The notes: generated by a model from the sequence alone, not told the origin. DNA of 46,817 nucleotides from Octopus bimaculoides (GCF_001194135.2 NC_068981.1:19462032-19508848); one strand, 5' to 3'; shown: positions 24,229 to 36,515, counted from the first letter of the stretch. Made by a program: numbers and translations.

Positions 24229-24812
24229 GGCGCAGGAGTGGCTGTGTGGTAAGTAGCTTGCTTACCAATGACATGGTTCTGGGTTCAGTCCCACTGCATG
24301 GCACCTTGGGCAAGTGTCTTCTACTATAGCCTCGGGTCGACCAAAGCCTTGTGAGTGGATTTGGTAGACGGAAACTGAAAGAAGCCCATCATATGTATTT
24401 GGCATTAGGAAGGGTATCCAGCTGTAGAAACTCTGCCAAATTTAGATTGGAGCTTGGTGTTGCCATCCAGTTTCACCAGTCCTCAGTCAAGTCGTCCAAC
24501 CCATGCTAGCATGGAAAGCGGACGTTAAACGATGATGATGATGATGATGATATATATATATGTATATATATATATATGTATGTGTGTGTATATGTTTGTG
24601 TGTGTGTGCTTGTCCCTCCAACATCGCTTGACGACCAATGCTGGTGTGTTCACGTCCCTGTAACTTAGCAGTTCGGCAATAAGAGACCGATAAAATAAGT
24701 ACTAGGCTTACAAAAAATAAGTTCTGGAGTTGATTTGCTCGACTAAAGGCGGGGCTCCAGCATGGCCGCAGTCAAATGACTGAAACAAGTAAAAGAAAAG
24801 AAAAGAAAAAAA
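24229..24812 (+). mobile_element. SINE family A with a nested ~150-bp RTE 3' tail (24398-24550)
   Basis: The SINE is split at its internal (TA)n by tggcattaggaaggg..gacgttaaac(gat)n. Confidence 0.9.
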
Positions 24813-25309
24813 GAGAAAAATGATTTAGTCGCAGCTAGAAAGTTTTTGGTTATAGACCTACTTGATGATGGCTGACCAAGGGCTAAACAACAACTGCACT
24901 AACTATTGACCCTTTAATTTTCCAATTTACCTCAGTTTATGACCATTACATTTCCTCAGCTATTAGCCAGTGAACACAGTTAATCTTATCAACACCTACC
25001 TGGACTACAGTTTAGTTGTTAAGCTCAACACAGAACCTGGTGTATACAAGCAAAACCAGGAAACCTCTATGCTGGCATTCAGAGAGCAAGCAATAGCACC
25101 CAAATCTCCCTCAAATCACACCATAATGTTTTAAAAGAGAAGCAAAGATGCATTATATATGTACTCCTCAATACCTTCAAATAGTAAGAACAATTATCCC
25201 TCAACAGTTTTCCACTTGGTTAGACTAGACCAAGAGTAAAACAATTACAGCAATATTTATCTGGAAATTTAAAGAGCTGTTGAGCTGTGTCTTACTGTAG
25301 CAGGAGTTT

Positions 25310-26290
25310 GAAGCTTATGGACCACTTCACCTCACTGATGGACTACTTCTTTCTTCCTGAGAAATGGCATCCATCTCACTCATGGAGCACCTCCCACAAA
25401 CTAATGGGCCACTCTCTTTTCCTTGATGAGCCATTTTCCTCTCACTGGTGGGCCACCTTCTTCTTCTCACTGATGGACCACTTCCTTCACATAGATGAAC
25501 CACTTCCCACTCACTGATGGATCTTTTCCCTTTCAATTATAGACCATTTCTCTCTCACTGTTGGAACAACCCTTCATTGATGGATCACTTCTCTCTCATT
25601 GGTGGACCGCTTCCCTCACACTGACGGACTACTTCCCCTCTCATGTGGCACCACTTCCCTCTAACTGATGGGTCACTTTCTTCTCAGTTGGACCATTTCT
25701 CTCTCTCATTGATAGACAAATTCTCTTTCACTGATGGAGCACCTTTGTCTCACAAATGGACCATTTCCCTTTCATTGTTGGACTACCTTCACACTGATGG
25801 AACATTTCCCTACCAATAACAGACCACTTTTCTTTCCAATGATAGCCAACCTCCTCCTCACTGATAGACCACCACTTCCTCATTGTTAAACCACTTCCCT
25901 CTCATTGATGGACCGCATTCCTTGGACTAATGGATCACTTCTCTCTCACTGATGAAACATCTTCCCACTGATGGACCACTACCTCCTCACTGGTGGACCA
26001 CATCCCCATTATTGATGGATCACATCCCTCTCACTGAAAGACCACTTCTCTCACACTGATAGACCACTTCCTGCTTACTGATAGACCACGTCTCTCACAC
26101 TGACAGACCACTTCTCTCACACTGATAGACCACGTCTCTCACACTGATAGACCACTTCTCTCACACTGATGAACTATATCTCTCTCATTGATGTAGCACT
26201 TCCCACTGACCAATGGACCACCTTTTTCCCATTTAGTCAGTAATGGACTGATTCCCTTTCATCGATGGACCACTTCCTTCTCACCACAGT
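25310..26290. repeat. ~22-bp minisatellite (consensus approx. TGATGGACCACTTCTCTCACAC), about 1 kb
   Basis: Recurrent tgatggaccacttc / tgatagaccacttc; purest at ~26030-26170. Confidence 0.9.
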
Positions 26291-26416
26291 TGGACAACAT
26301 CTCTCACATCCTTCTCTGTTGGTAGGTCAGTTTCCATTCCTCCCTGTTAGACCCCCTCCCAGCCACTGATCCACCACTTTCCTTTCAATGTGAATAAAAC
26401 GGTCATGTAAACAACT

Positions 26417-26800
26417 GTATGATGATGATGGTGGTGGTGGTGGTGGTGGTGGTGGTGGTGGCAATGGCGGCAGCGATGATGACGACGGTGGATGTGGTGG
26501 TGGTGGTGGATGTGGTGGTGGTGGTGGTGGTGATAGTGGTGGTGGATGTGGTGGTGGTGGTGTTTTTGGTCATGGTGGTGGATGTGGTGGTGATGACAGT
26601 GTCGGTAAGGACATGGAAATGTTTTCTGATGTTGATAATGATAGTGTTCAATGTAATAAGAACAAGGGAGACAAAAAAGTTGGAGCTGGTGATTATGACG
26701 ATGATGATGATGACAACTGCAACTATTATGACCATGGTTACGGCTACAACAACCAGCATCATCACTACCACAGTAACAACAACAACAACAACGATGATGA
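26417..26800. repeat. Compound trinucleotide tract (GAT/GGT/AAC)
   Basis: Seen directly in the sequence. Confidence 0.9.
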
Positions 26801-28114
26801 TGCTAGCAAGAAATATACTGGCTGAGTCTGGCTCAGCAATAATTCCTTCAGAAATGTAAATGAAAATGTGGAGAAGTTATTTCCTGAACGTGTCGGGAAT
26901 TAAACAAAGAAAAATAAAGATAAAAGCAACAACAACAACAACAACACAAAAATGTGATTGAGAAAAAAAAATGAAGCGAAAAACATATTACAATAAATAA
27001 ATAAACAAAAATAAATAAATATATCTGGTCCTTGACTGTTTGAAAAACAACACATTATTAGTGTCTTAACAGATATTTCTTTTTATATTTTCTGAGTCAC
27101 TTTCCTAACCTGTCTTTATAATTTGATTGATTTTGTCTGCGGTGATTGTAAGAATCAATATTTCTTCAATCTGTTCTCCAGATAATTCTTTATCGCTGAT
27201 ATCTATGTATTCTTACCGAATATTGCCGCAGCCACTTCTCTTATGGACATCTAACGCTCGGGGTAATCTAGATACTGCCTGCCTGCCTGCCTGTCTTTCT
27301 GACTGACTGGCTGGGTGGCTGGCTGGGTGGCTGGCTTCTTGTGTGTGTTTATATGCATGTGTATGTTTGTGTGTATGTGTATGGTTGTGTGTGAGTGTCT
27401 GTATTAGTGATGTTGTTTCAACATGGTGCCTTCATTGTTTCTTGTTAATAAAGAAATTATTGATTTTTTTTAAAGTTCGTTTGGTTTTTGAAGGTGGTGG
27501 GGTTGGGGTAGAGCTGACTTGAAAGTTTTATTTTTTTTCCTTCCAGCTTCAGAAAATACTTTCATCAAAACAATATATATGTACATATAAAACATGGAGT
27601 TTATTTTTAAACACCAACTTGCACCCCCTTCTCTATTCTTCTCTCTTTCTATATCTCTTTTCTCTCTCTCTATTTCTATCTCTATCTCTGTCTCACTACT
27701 CTTCTCTCTCTCTCTGGCATATCTGCCAAATTTCCCTCAATACCATCTACCATTTGAATGGTAATGTCAAGTGTCATGTATTAGACGTAACAGATGCTTC
27801 GATGAATTATTATTGAACATCACATCAGGATGTTTTCACTTCGATTTCAGATGCTTCTTTTCCAAACTGATGAGAATTTAAATTCTTTTCTGTATAGGCC
27901 ATGTGATTGAAAAGGAAAGTCATGGCATCACAGAATTATTAAAGACTGGTCACACAGTATTAGGGACACAGTCACAGATTAAAGAGCTAGCAACTCTGCA
28001 TTGGTCATTAAATGAAGGAACCTTGACCTGTCTCCAAGGACATACAAAGGTCAAGGGCACAATTGTCCATGGCATTTGAAAGCTTTTGCAGTGAGATTAA
28101 TGCAGCTGTGTTGT

Positions 28115-28490
28115 GGATGCACAATGGCCCAGTGGTTAGGGCAGCGGACTCGCGGTCATAGGATCGCGATTTCGATTTCCAGACCGGGCGTTGTGAGTGT
28201 TTATTGAGCGAAAACACCTAAAGCTCCATGAGGCTCCGGCAGAGGATGGTGGTGACCCCTGCTGTACTGTTTCACCACAACTTTCTCTCACTCTTACTTC
28301 CCGTTTCTGTTGTGCCTGTAATTCAAAGGGTCAGCCTTGTCACACTGTGTCATGCTGAATATCCCTGAGAACTACATTAAGGGTACACGTGCCTGTGGAG
28401 TGCTCAGCCACTTGCACGTTAATTTCACGAGCAGACTGTTCCGTTGATCAGATCAACCGGAACCCTCATAAGCGACAGAGTGCCAACAAA
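28115..28490 (+). mobile_element. tRNA-derived SINE, family D (single full copy here)
   Basis: A-box TGGCCCAGTGG, tRNA-like head with a degenerate B-box ATTTCGATTTCC, a distinct body, and end gacagagtgccaacaa. Confidence 0.8.
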
Positions 28491-28849
28491 TAAAAAATAC
28501 AGCTGTGTCCCAGCATGATTGTTTGCAGGACTTGGATAGGGAGTACACCCAGGAGTCAGATCTTTTGGTATAAAAGCTTTTATGAGAGTGAGTTATGCTA
28601 AAAACATCCAAGGTCTAAATGGTAATGTTGAACTGGGTAACATGTGAAGCTTTCTCTCCAAAAATAGCCACACTTTATTGATTATTTTTAAGTTATCTCT
28701 ACAGATTTCCTATAGAATTTAGACCTAGCATCAAAAGTTATGACATTTCGTATATGAATATATCTATGGTTGCAAAACAAAATACGGTGTCCCCACCAGT
28801 AATTGATATAAACTTCATTAATTACATCATCGCATACTGAACAGTTGGA

Positions 28850-29345
28850 TATTCTGTATTAGTCATTAAATGAAGGAGTGGTTATGCAGTCATGGTTACA
28901 TGGTTGTAGACAGAAGAGCTTACCAATTTATACTGCTCACTGAAGGAAGAACTAGGCATGCTGTATTAGTAATATTATTACAGCAAAGAACAAGCCCCAT
29001 TGTATTGGTCACTAAAAGAATGACTGGTCATACTGTATTGGTTACATGGTCACAGGTTAAAGAACTGACAACACTATATTGGTTATTGACTGAAAGACTG
29101 GTCATGCTATATTGATGATATTGGCACCATGAAGAATTGACCATATTATATTGGTCACTAAACAAATGACTAATCATGCTTTACTGGTGATATTGTTACA
29201 GTGATAAACTGACCATTCTGTACTGGTCACTGAAAGGACTGAGCACAGTGTATTACAATATTTTCACATTCAACAAAGAGCTGGCTATTCTGTATTGGTC
29301 ATTAAAATAAAGAGTTTAACATGCTGATTTGGTCAGTTGGTCAAT
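28850..29345. repeat. Degenerate minisatellite with alternating ~33 and ~43-bp units
   Basis: Recurrent gactggtcat.ctgtattggtcact / tgacca..ctatattgg. A related unit lies at ~27930-28020. Confidence 0.7.
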
Positions 29346-29529
29346 ATAGAAACAGAATGTTCTTCTATGCAAGCTACAGGCCACACTGACCACTAAGAGA
29401 GTAAATAACCAAACCGTAAAATATTTCCTAAATATTATTTAAAACTCAGGTATAGATGTGTCATTCACAAATGTTTTGCTTCAAAATTTAATTTTTCATT
29501 CTATTTGTGTCTTTTTTCATTTCTCATAA

Positions 29530-29660
29530 GCAGAGAGAGGGGGTGGGAGAGAGAGGGGGTGGGAGAGAGAGGGGGTGAGAGAGAGAGGGGGTGAGAGAGA
29601 GAGGGTGTGGAAGAGAGAGAGAGAGGTTGGGAGAGAGAGAGAGAGACAGAAACAGACAGA
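29530..29660 (+). repeat. (GAGAGAGAGGGGGTGG)n / (GA)n purine-rich repeat
   Basis: Seen directly; 16-bp unit repeated 4-5 times. Confidence 0.9.
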
Positions 29661-30954
29661 GACTCTATCCCTCCTTCAAGCAATAAGCAAAAAGAAACAA
29701 CAAAAATAAGAATGTCTTTACGCAGTGAGGTTTACTAATGTTTAAATTTATTTTAGTTCTTCTGGTTTCAACTGTGTTCTGCATAATATAGATATTGTTT
29801 AATTTAGAACAAGCCACCAAAAGCACAAATATGCTACTTAGGCTGCACACAACGTCGCTAGCCTCATTTATGTATACTATATATAGCAGCAAATCTATGC
29901 AGTTGACTAGAGTAAGAAGCAAGGTGCATCATCTCTGAGGAGTGGTCAGCAAACTGTGAAACAGTCTGTAAAGAGAGTCCATCCTTCTATTATCCACACA
30001 TTAACAACAAAGAGAAATGTGTTTACTTTTTATTTTACCCAGTGATGGTTTGTAACATTTAAACATACATATGCAATTCAGTTAAGAGGTGATGTACTGC
30101 ATAAAGTACATACAAATTTCTAAAAGAATTGAAATTGACCCCTTACAGAAAGAAAATACAAACTTAGCAGTAATAGCAACTGTCTAAAAGAAGATAGGTG
30201 TGGAGATAGTTCTAAGAAATTTAGAAACCGTTTCACAAAGAAATTAATTCTCATGTGTAAGGGAAAATCAAGCACAGTTATAGCTCTGGATATCTTTCAA
30301 TCTTATTAAACTGCATCAAATAACCGACACTTAATTTATATCTCATCTTGTAGGTAAAGTAGTTGTCACTTTGTGGCTTACTGATGGCTTCACATGAGAT
30401 TCCCTGTACATAAGACAAGTCAGTGCTAAAATTAACTGCCTTTCAGGGATCCTTTGAGTTAATCACTCTTATTAAAGACTTAACTGACGAAGGAAATAGG
30501 TGTTAATGTCTACTTTATTGATTACAGAAGTAACATCTTTAATGTATATATATGGAAGAACTTGCGAGAGTTAGGAGTTTCTTTTATATGCTTACTTTTA
30601 GGGGGACTTAATTTTTGTATCTCACTTGTTTTCAACATGTATGTGACATTTGCATGATTTTGGATGTTAAGTCACCATTTCAAATGTTGTGCTCTTTGAT
30701 CCTCACAAATATTACCATTTCCATTGGAATGTTTTAATTTATCTCTTGTGAATATCACTTTATCTGTATGGGTGCAAAATATACATACATATATATATAC
30801 ATAGATATATGAATACTTACATGCATGCACACATGGATGTATGCATGCATGCGTACATTCATACACGTGCGTGTAGGCGTGTGTGTGTGTGTGTGTGTGT
30901 ATCACTGTGATTAACTGGTTCTGCAGCATCGAGAATAAGCAGCCTGCAAACTCA

Positions 30955-31810
30955 CCCAGTTTAATATCTAGGTTTTCTATTTTTCAATTACAAAATCTTT
31001 CCCTGTGAAAAACCTAGAATTCGTACACAATTTAATAGAATTAACTACCTCGATATCAAAACCATTCTCTTTGCTAAGAAGTAACATTTGTTTTCTGCTA
31101 ATTTCCACTGGGAAAGGAGACCCTCTGCTTCCCGTGTCTACAGGAAACTGCGACAAGTATGATTTTGTCGAGTTATTAATCTTCGATACTTTAAAAACAC
31201 CACTAGTGTCTGAACCAGTAAAATTCTCAGAACAAGTTGGCGCCATAAATAAGTTAATCAAGAAACTTATAAACTGCAAAGAGTTCGACTTTGGTATAAC
31301 TGTTACCACCAACTTAGCAGTGGTCGACTTCGTAGATGTCATCGAAAAACTCAAGACAGGCAATTATCACTGCTACAGAAAGTCTAAATAGAAAACTTCT
31401 TATATTAATATAAATTCCACCGACACCTCAACTGTTATCCGAAACCTAGTCACGGGTATCAGCTGAAGAATCCCTAATCAATCGACAGATAGAAATATCA
31501 ATAAAAGGGCCACACCATATTATAACAAGGCACTAGTGAAAGTAGCTGTCTTCATTCCATCTAGATGTTTCCACTATTGTAGCTAGAAACTTTTTGTCGC
31601 AAATTAGACAGCATTTTCTAAGAATCCGTTGTTATGATCAACTCTTTATCGCCAAGAACGTCAAGATTAGCTACTCATGCTTAGATAATATCACTTCTAG
31701 CATTTAATGCAACAAGAGAAGCAAAAGCACACCCACTCGGTCTTCCCCCCACAGCCCAGACTGTAAATGCCGAAATACCACTAATCCCCTGAGATGACCT
31801 GCTTCTCAAA
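30955..31810 (+). mobile_element. Penelope-like element (PLE) RT remnant
   Basis: NI*VFYFSITK (DIxxFYPSIT), VDFVDVIEKLKTGNYHCYRK (FLDV..TG.Y.PYRK), YININSTDTSTVIRNL (YI...SNHP..IIKNL), PYYNKAL, VARNFLSQIRQHF, KNVKISYSCLDN and CKCR. The YxDD motif appears lost. Confidence 0.85.
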
Positions 31811-31999
31811 GGCAATGGGGAATAGAGTCACCCTTACACAATCCAACAGCCTCACTACACGAACATAAGAGCCAGTGATCTCAAGGGAAGATTTACACCG
31901 CACTCATTGTCTACACTCATGCAGGTGTAGAAACTTGAAATTCTCTACGTTCCTCTGCCATTTCATCTGTAGGCTCCGGGATCAAGGAAACGATATATA

Positions 32000-32329
32000 T
32001 ATTCTTTTATTCTTTTACTTGTTTCAGTTATATGACTGCGGTCATGCTGGTGCACCACCTCAACCCCAGGACTTACTCTTTGTAAGCCTAGTACTTAAAC
32101 TACAGGAACATAAACACACTAACATTGGTTGCCAAGCGATCGTGGGGGGGGGACAAACACAGACACACACACACATACATGCACACACACACACACACAC
32201 ACACATAAACGACGGGCTTCTTTCAGTTTCCGTCTATCCGCTCACAAGGCTTTGGTGGGCCCGAGGCTATAGCAGAAGACACCTACCCAAGGTGCCACGC
32301 AGTAGGACTGAACCCGGAACCATGTGGTT
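32000..32329 (-). mobile_element. SINE family A (5' end in the gap)
   Basis: Tail, core and B-box region gggttcagtcc present. Confidence 0.9.
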
Positions 32330-32913
32330 NNNNNNNNNNNNNNNNNNNNNNNNNNNNNNNNNNNNNNNNNNNNNNNNNNNNNNNNNNNNNNNNNNNNNNN
32401 NNNNNNNNNNNNNNNNNNNNNNNNNNNNNNNNNNNNNNNNNNNNNNNNNNNNNNNNNNNNNNNNNNNNNNNNNNNNNNNNNNNNNNNNNNNNNNNNNNNN
32501 NNNNNNNNNNNNNNNNNNNNNNNNNNNNNNNNNNNNNNNNNNNNNNNNNNNNNNNNNNNNNNNNNNNNNNNNNNNNNNNNNNNNNNNNNNNNNNNNNNNN
32601 NNNNNNNNNNNNNNNNNNNNNNNNNNNNNNNNNNNNNNNNNNNNNNNNNNNNNNNNNNNNNNNNNNNNNNNNNNNNNNNNNNNNNNNNNNNNNNNNNNNN
32701 NNNNNNTACTGTTACCTAACAACTGGATATAATTTTACTATGAGACTAAATATTCATTTATTAAACGAAAGCAAATGATTCCGCATGCGTATTTACTCGT
32801 AATCCATGAAGTGTTAGTGCTCTAATAAATCTTGTCTGGCTGTTAATTTCGTAATATTACGTAAATGCTTAGAGAAAAGGGCGAAGATAAGACTGCACAG
32901 TACGGATCCCTTT

Positions 32914-32990
32914 ACATACCTGAAGGTTTCCGGTCATAGCACTGATTTGTTGACGTTGCCGTGTTAGTTTGATGTTGGTTGGGCGCTTTG
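32914..32990 (-). promoter_or_regulatory. Candidate promoter / first exon with a strong 5' splice site
   Basis: Minus-strand CAG|GTATGT at 32920/32919, CCGGAAA (ETS-like) at 32927-32933, TGACGT at 32951-32956, and locally elevated CpG in unique sequence. Confidence 0.3.
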
Positions 32991-33759
32991 TCAGCGTTAA
33001 TACTCACTTTTGCTAGCTGATTGAACTGGAGTAATGCGAAGTAAAGTACCTTGCCTCAGAACACAACGCAACTCACGGACTGAAAAGTGAACTATAATTA
33101 GAAGTGAGCCATAATTAGAAATTTGAAAATAGGTTATAAAAAATAATAGTAGTATATAATTAGTTAGTATTATGAATAGAATAATACAAAAGTTAGTTAT
33201 ATATTACAGTTAAATCTTCCTATAACAACAAATTCACTGTAAAATTTACTTGAGTTGTTGCCTAAGTTATTGCCAAGTCTTCACATTTTTAGTCTTGACC
33301 CAGTGCCTATCTTTTACATAATGAATTTGCCTACCATATATACTATTCTGCTTTGCATAAAACTTTAGCTATATTGGTACTTTTGGCTCTCATTTTTAAA
33401 GTATTCTAGTGTGTCTATATTTTAACAAGATGATGGTACCTTTTTTTAATTATAATGTTACTTTGTCAATTAAAGTAAAATAATTTTTAATATTCAAATT
33501 TTATCCTTAGCTGCAATATTTCAAGTGAATATTTTCTTGTTCTGTACTTTACCAGCTGTAATAAATTGTCCTGCAATTTTCCAGGTTTATAATCTTAACA
33601 ATATTATTTCTCTGGATCGCATTTTTCCATGTAATCCATGTTTTTCCAGGTTATGCTATTATGCTAATTAATAGTGTGTCAAATGTGTTAATCAGCGGTG
33701 TCGTTGATAATTTTTCCTAATGATGCTGGTGACATATATTATAAGTCCCATTATAGAAC

Positions 33760-34365
33760 TATATTCATAAAAAAAGTATAGAACTGCATTATCACCCTCA
33801 AATTTGAGAAACAAACACTCATAACTTTTTCTTTTAAAACTTCACTGCATGACATTGATATCATGAAATTCCTCGAATTGAGCTCTATCATTCAAGCTTA
33901 ATTAAAATATATTTGGCTTTTTAAGATAAAAAAGTTAATTATACTTAAATCCAATTTTTTGCCTTACTTATATTTTCCTTCGTGATATTTTACCTCACAA
34001 CTATTTTAATACAAATTTTTGTTGCATGGGACCAAAACTATGAAATCCTTCATGCTTTCTTCTATCATTGATACAAAGATAAATATATTTTGCTTTTAAA
34101 ATTAAAAAAAATGTTATTTAGATTTAAACTTGATTGGAGGCGTTACTTTACTTACTCTCTTATAACATTGCTACAAATTTCCATGTAAACTTTTTTCTAT
34201 TGGACCAAATCTCAAATTTTTTTATGCCAAAATGTAGCTAGGGACCAGTCCTCTTCAAAAATGTTAACAGTTTTCAATTTGGTTAAGAACAATCTCTGAA
34301 AGATGCTGCGTGTGAGTAAATTGCGGGCTTAATATTATTCAACTACTACCGTAGTTGAATGATAT
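33760..34365 (+). mobile_element. Non-autonomous AT-rich element with internal subrepeats and terminal hairpin (copy 2)
   Basis: Perfect stem ATTCAACTAC-tacc-GTAGTTGAAT at 34337-34360, followed by (TA)/(CA). Homologous to 12990-13410. Confidence 0.7.
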
Positions 34366-34651
34366 ATATACTTACACACACACACAGATGATCGTATATG
34401 TATAAAAATGTGCATGTGTGCGAGTATTTCTCCAGTATTTTTTTTCTCTTTAACTTCATTCTTTATCTAAACTCTCTTCTTCGTTATTCCTATATTCACA
34501 CATATCACAGAGAGTTCTATTTTTGGTGTTCATTAAAAGAAATGCATGTAAATTAGTGCCAGGTCAAAATGAATTCAGTCTCATGCCTTAGAGTTAGAAT
34601 GTTCAGGAAATATCTCTGCTGGAGTGTTTGATACAGCGAATGACATTCGAG

Positions 34652-34713
34652 ATTGGCTGACGTCACAAACTACAGGTTTCTACGAAAAGTAAACCATTAC
34701 ATATTATGACTCA
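34652..34713. promoter_or_regulatory. CCAAT(rev)-CRE-AP1 motif cluster
   Basis: ATTGG at 34652-34656, TGACGTCA at 34658-34665 and TGACTCA at 34707-34713. Confidence 0.25.
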
Positions 34714-34969
34714 CATGAAGCACTCATAGATTTAGCTTCTTCATTAAACCCTAGTTACCACACACGAACATGGACGCAAAAGCACAAACGCAACAGATTT
34801 TACACGTATTCACCCATAATGTATCTGGAATTTTTTTACGTAAATATCATACACTCATGCATCGTACATGCGTACATACATACATACATACATACATACA
34901 TGCATTCATACATGCATACATACATACATACATACATACATACATACATACATACGTACGTACGTACAT

Positions 34970-35009
<40 letters not shown>

Positions 35010-35471
35010 NNNNNNNNNNNNNNNNNNNNNNNNNNNNNNNNNNNNNNNNNNNNNNNNNNNNNNNNNNNNNNNNNNNNNNNNNNNNNNNNNNNNNNNNNNN
35101 NNNNNNNNNNNNNNNNNNNNNNNNNNNNNNNNNNNNNNNNNNNNNNNNNNNNNNNNNNNNNNNNNNNNNNNNNNNNNNNNNNNNNNNNNNNNNNNNNNNN
35201 NNNNNNNNNNNNNNNNNNNNNNNNNNNNNNTATGAGCTTAGGCTAGAAACGTAAAAGAACTTTCTCACTTCTCGAGCGTTAAACTAATACATCTGTTTGT
35301 TGCTTACACACCCGTCTTCGTCTTTTGTCTTCTTTTGGTAAATTGGTAAATTCTCACTATATATATATATATATATAAACAGACACACAGAAAGAGACAT
35401 ACATACATACATACATACATACACACACATACATACATACATACATACATACATACACACACATACATACA

Positions 35472-35505
<34 letters not shown>

Positions 35506-35520
35506 CATACATACATACAC

Positions 35521-36513
35521 GTAACTAGAACACTCTATAATGAAATCCGTCGGAAGTATAACCACGAGGACAAAGAAATAAGGACCCACAATATGGTAGA
35601 AGCCATAGCCCCTCATAATAAAAAGGAGTACTGGTGAATACCTCAATAAAATGTAAGCACAACAGACCTGATATAATGATTTGGATTAAAGAAGAGAAAC
35701 TGTACAGTGGAATTTAGCTGCCCAGTGGATGTTAACATAAAGCTGAAGATCGTTGAAAAAGAGAATATCTACGCTGAACTATTGAGAAATCTGCAGTTAT
35801 TCTATCCAGATTACTATTTCAGGCTTCGGAGACCCCCTTCGGTCACGAATGACCATGGGATTGCACCTAGAAAGTTACCCTCCGAGGCACAAGTCAGAGC
35901 AAGGTTGTTTATGGAAGACCAGCAGTCGCCCATGCATACCGGCCTCCTCTCTCCACGCCACCGATGTTATCCACCAGTGATGTCGCAACTCATTTGACAG
36001 CTGAGTGAACTGGAGTAACGTGAAATAAAGTGTCTTGCTCAAGAACACAACATGCAGCCCGGTCCGGGATTCGAACTCACAACCTCACGGTCGTAAGTTC
36101 GAGAGTCTAACGACTGAGCCATGCGCCTTCACAGGCTTATACCTGTAATTATGGGACCCTGGGATACGTAACACTGCCTAAATACCAATCTTCAGAAATT
36201 AGGCTCCTCAAAACCAGAAAGGAGAAAGTAAATTCGAAGACTACAAATCCAATCTATCACTGTAAAAATCTGTAAAGCTCTCCAGAAGTTTTTAAAAACT
36301 GTAAAAATATGTAAGACTAAAAATTTGTAAAACTTTCCAGAAGTTTATCATTCAAATATATATGAGCATGTCTAGATAAGCAACTAGATGCATGAGAATA
36401 CATACATAAAGCAAAACATATAAATCTGCACATATACATAAACACATACATACATACATAAACACATACATACATACATACATACATACATACATACATA
36501 CATACATACATAC
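35521..36513 (+). mobile_element. 5'-truncated R4/Dong-like LINE copy starting after and running into (ATAC)n tracts
   Basis: VTRTLYNEIRRK..KKEYW..KCKHNRPDIMIW..EFSCPVDVNIKLKIVEKENIYAELLRNLQLFYPDY, then the same 3' UTR as 6790-7360. (ATAC)n at ~35398-35520 and ~36445-36513. Confidence 0.88.
35827..36132 (-). mobile_element. tRNA-derived SINE, family C, with 6-bp TSD, inserted in the LINE
   Basis: Head gtgaaggcgcatggctcagt..gagttcgaatcccggacc..gtgttcttgagcaagacac. AGGCTT flanks at 35821-35826 and 36133-36138. Confidence 0.92.
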
Positions 36514-36515
36514 AA

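Noticed and set aside
25310-26290. CRISPR-like repeat/spacer appearance
   Set aside because: Eukaryotic context, spacers are related to each other, unit length drifts, and there are no cas genes. It is a minisatellite.
27866-27890. CTGATGA followed by a hairpin, as a second hammerhead
   Set aside because: No GAAA after stem II, so the core is incomplete. Other CTGANGA hits fail in the same way.
28115-28195. tRNA gene
   Set aside because: The tRNA-like head has a degenerate B-box and no proper acceptor stem, and it continues into a SINE body. The same applies to the heads at 36132, 24229 and 15939.
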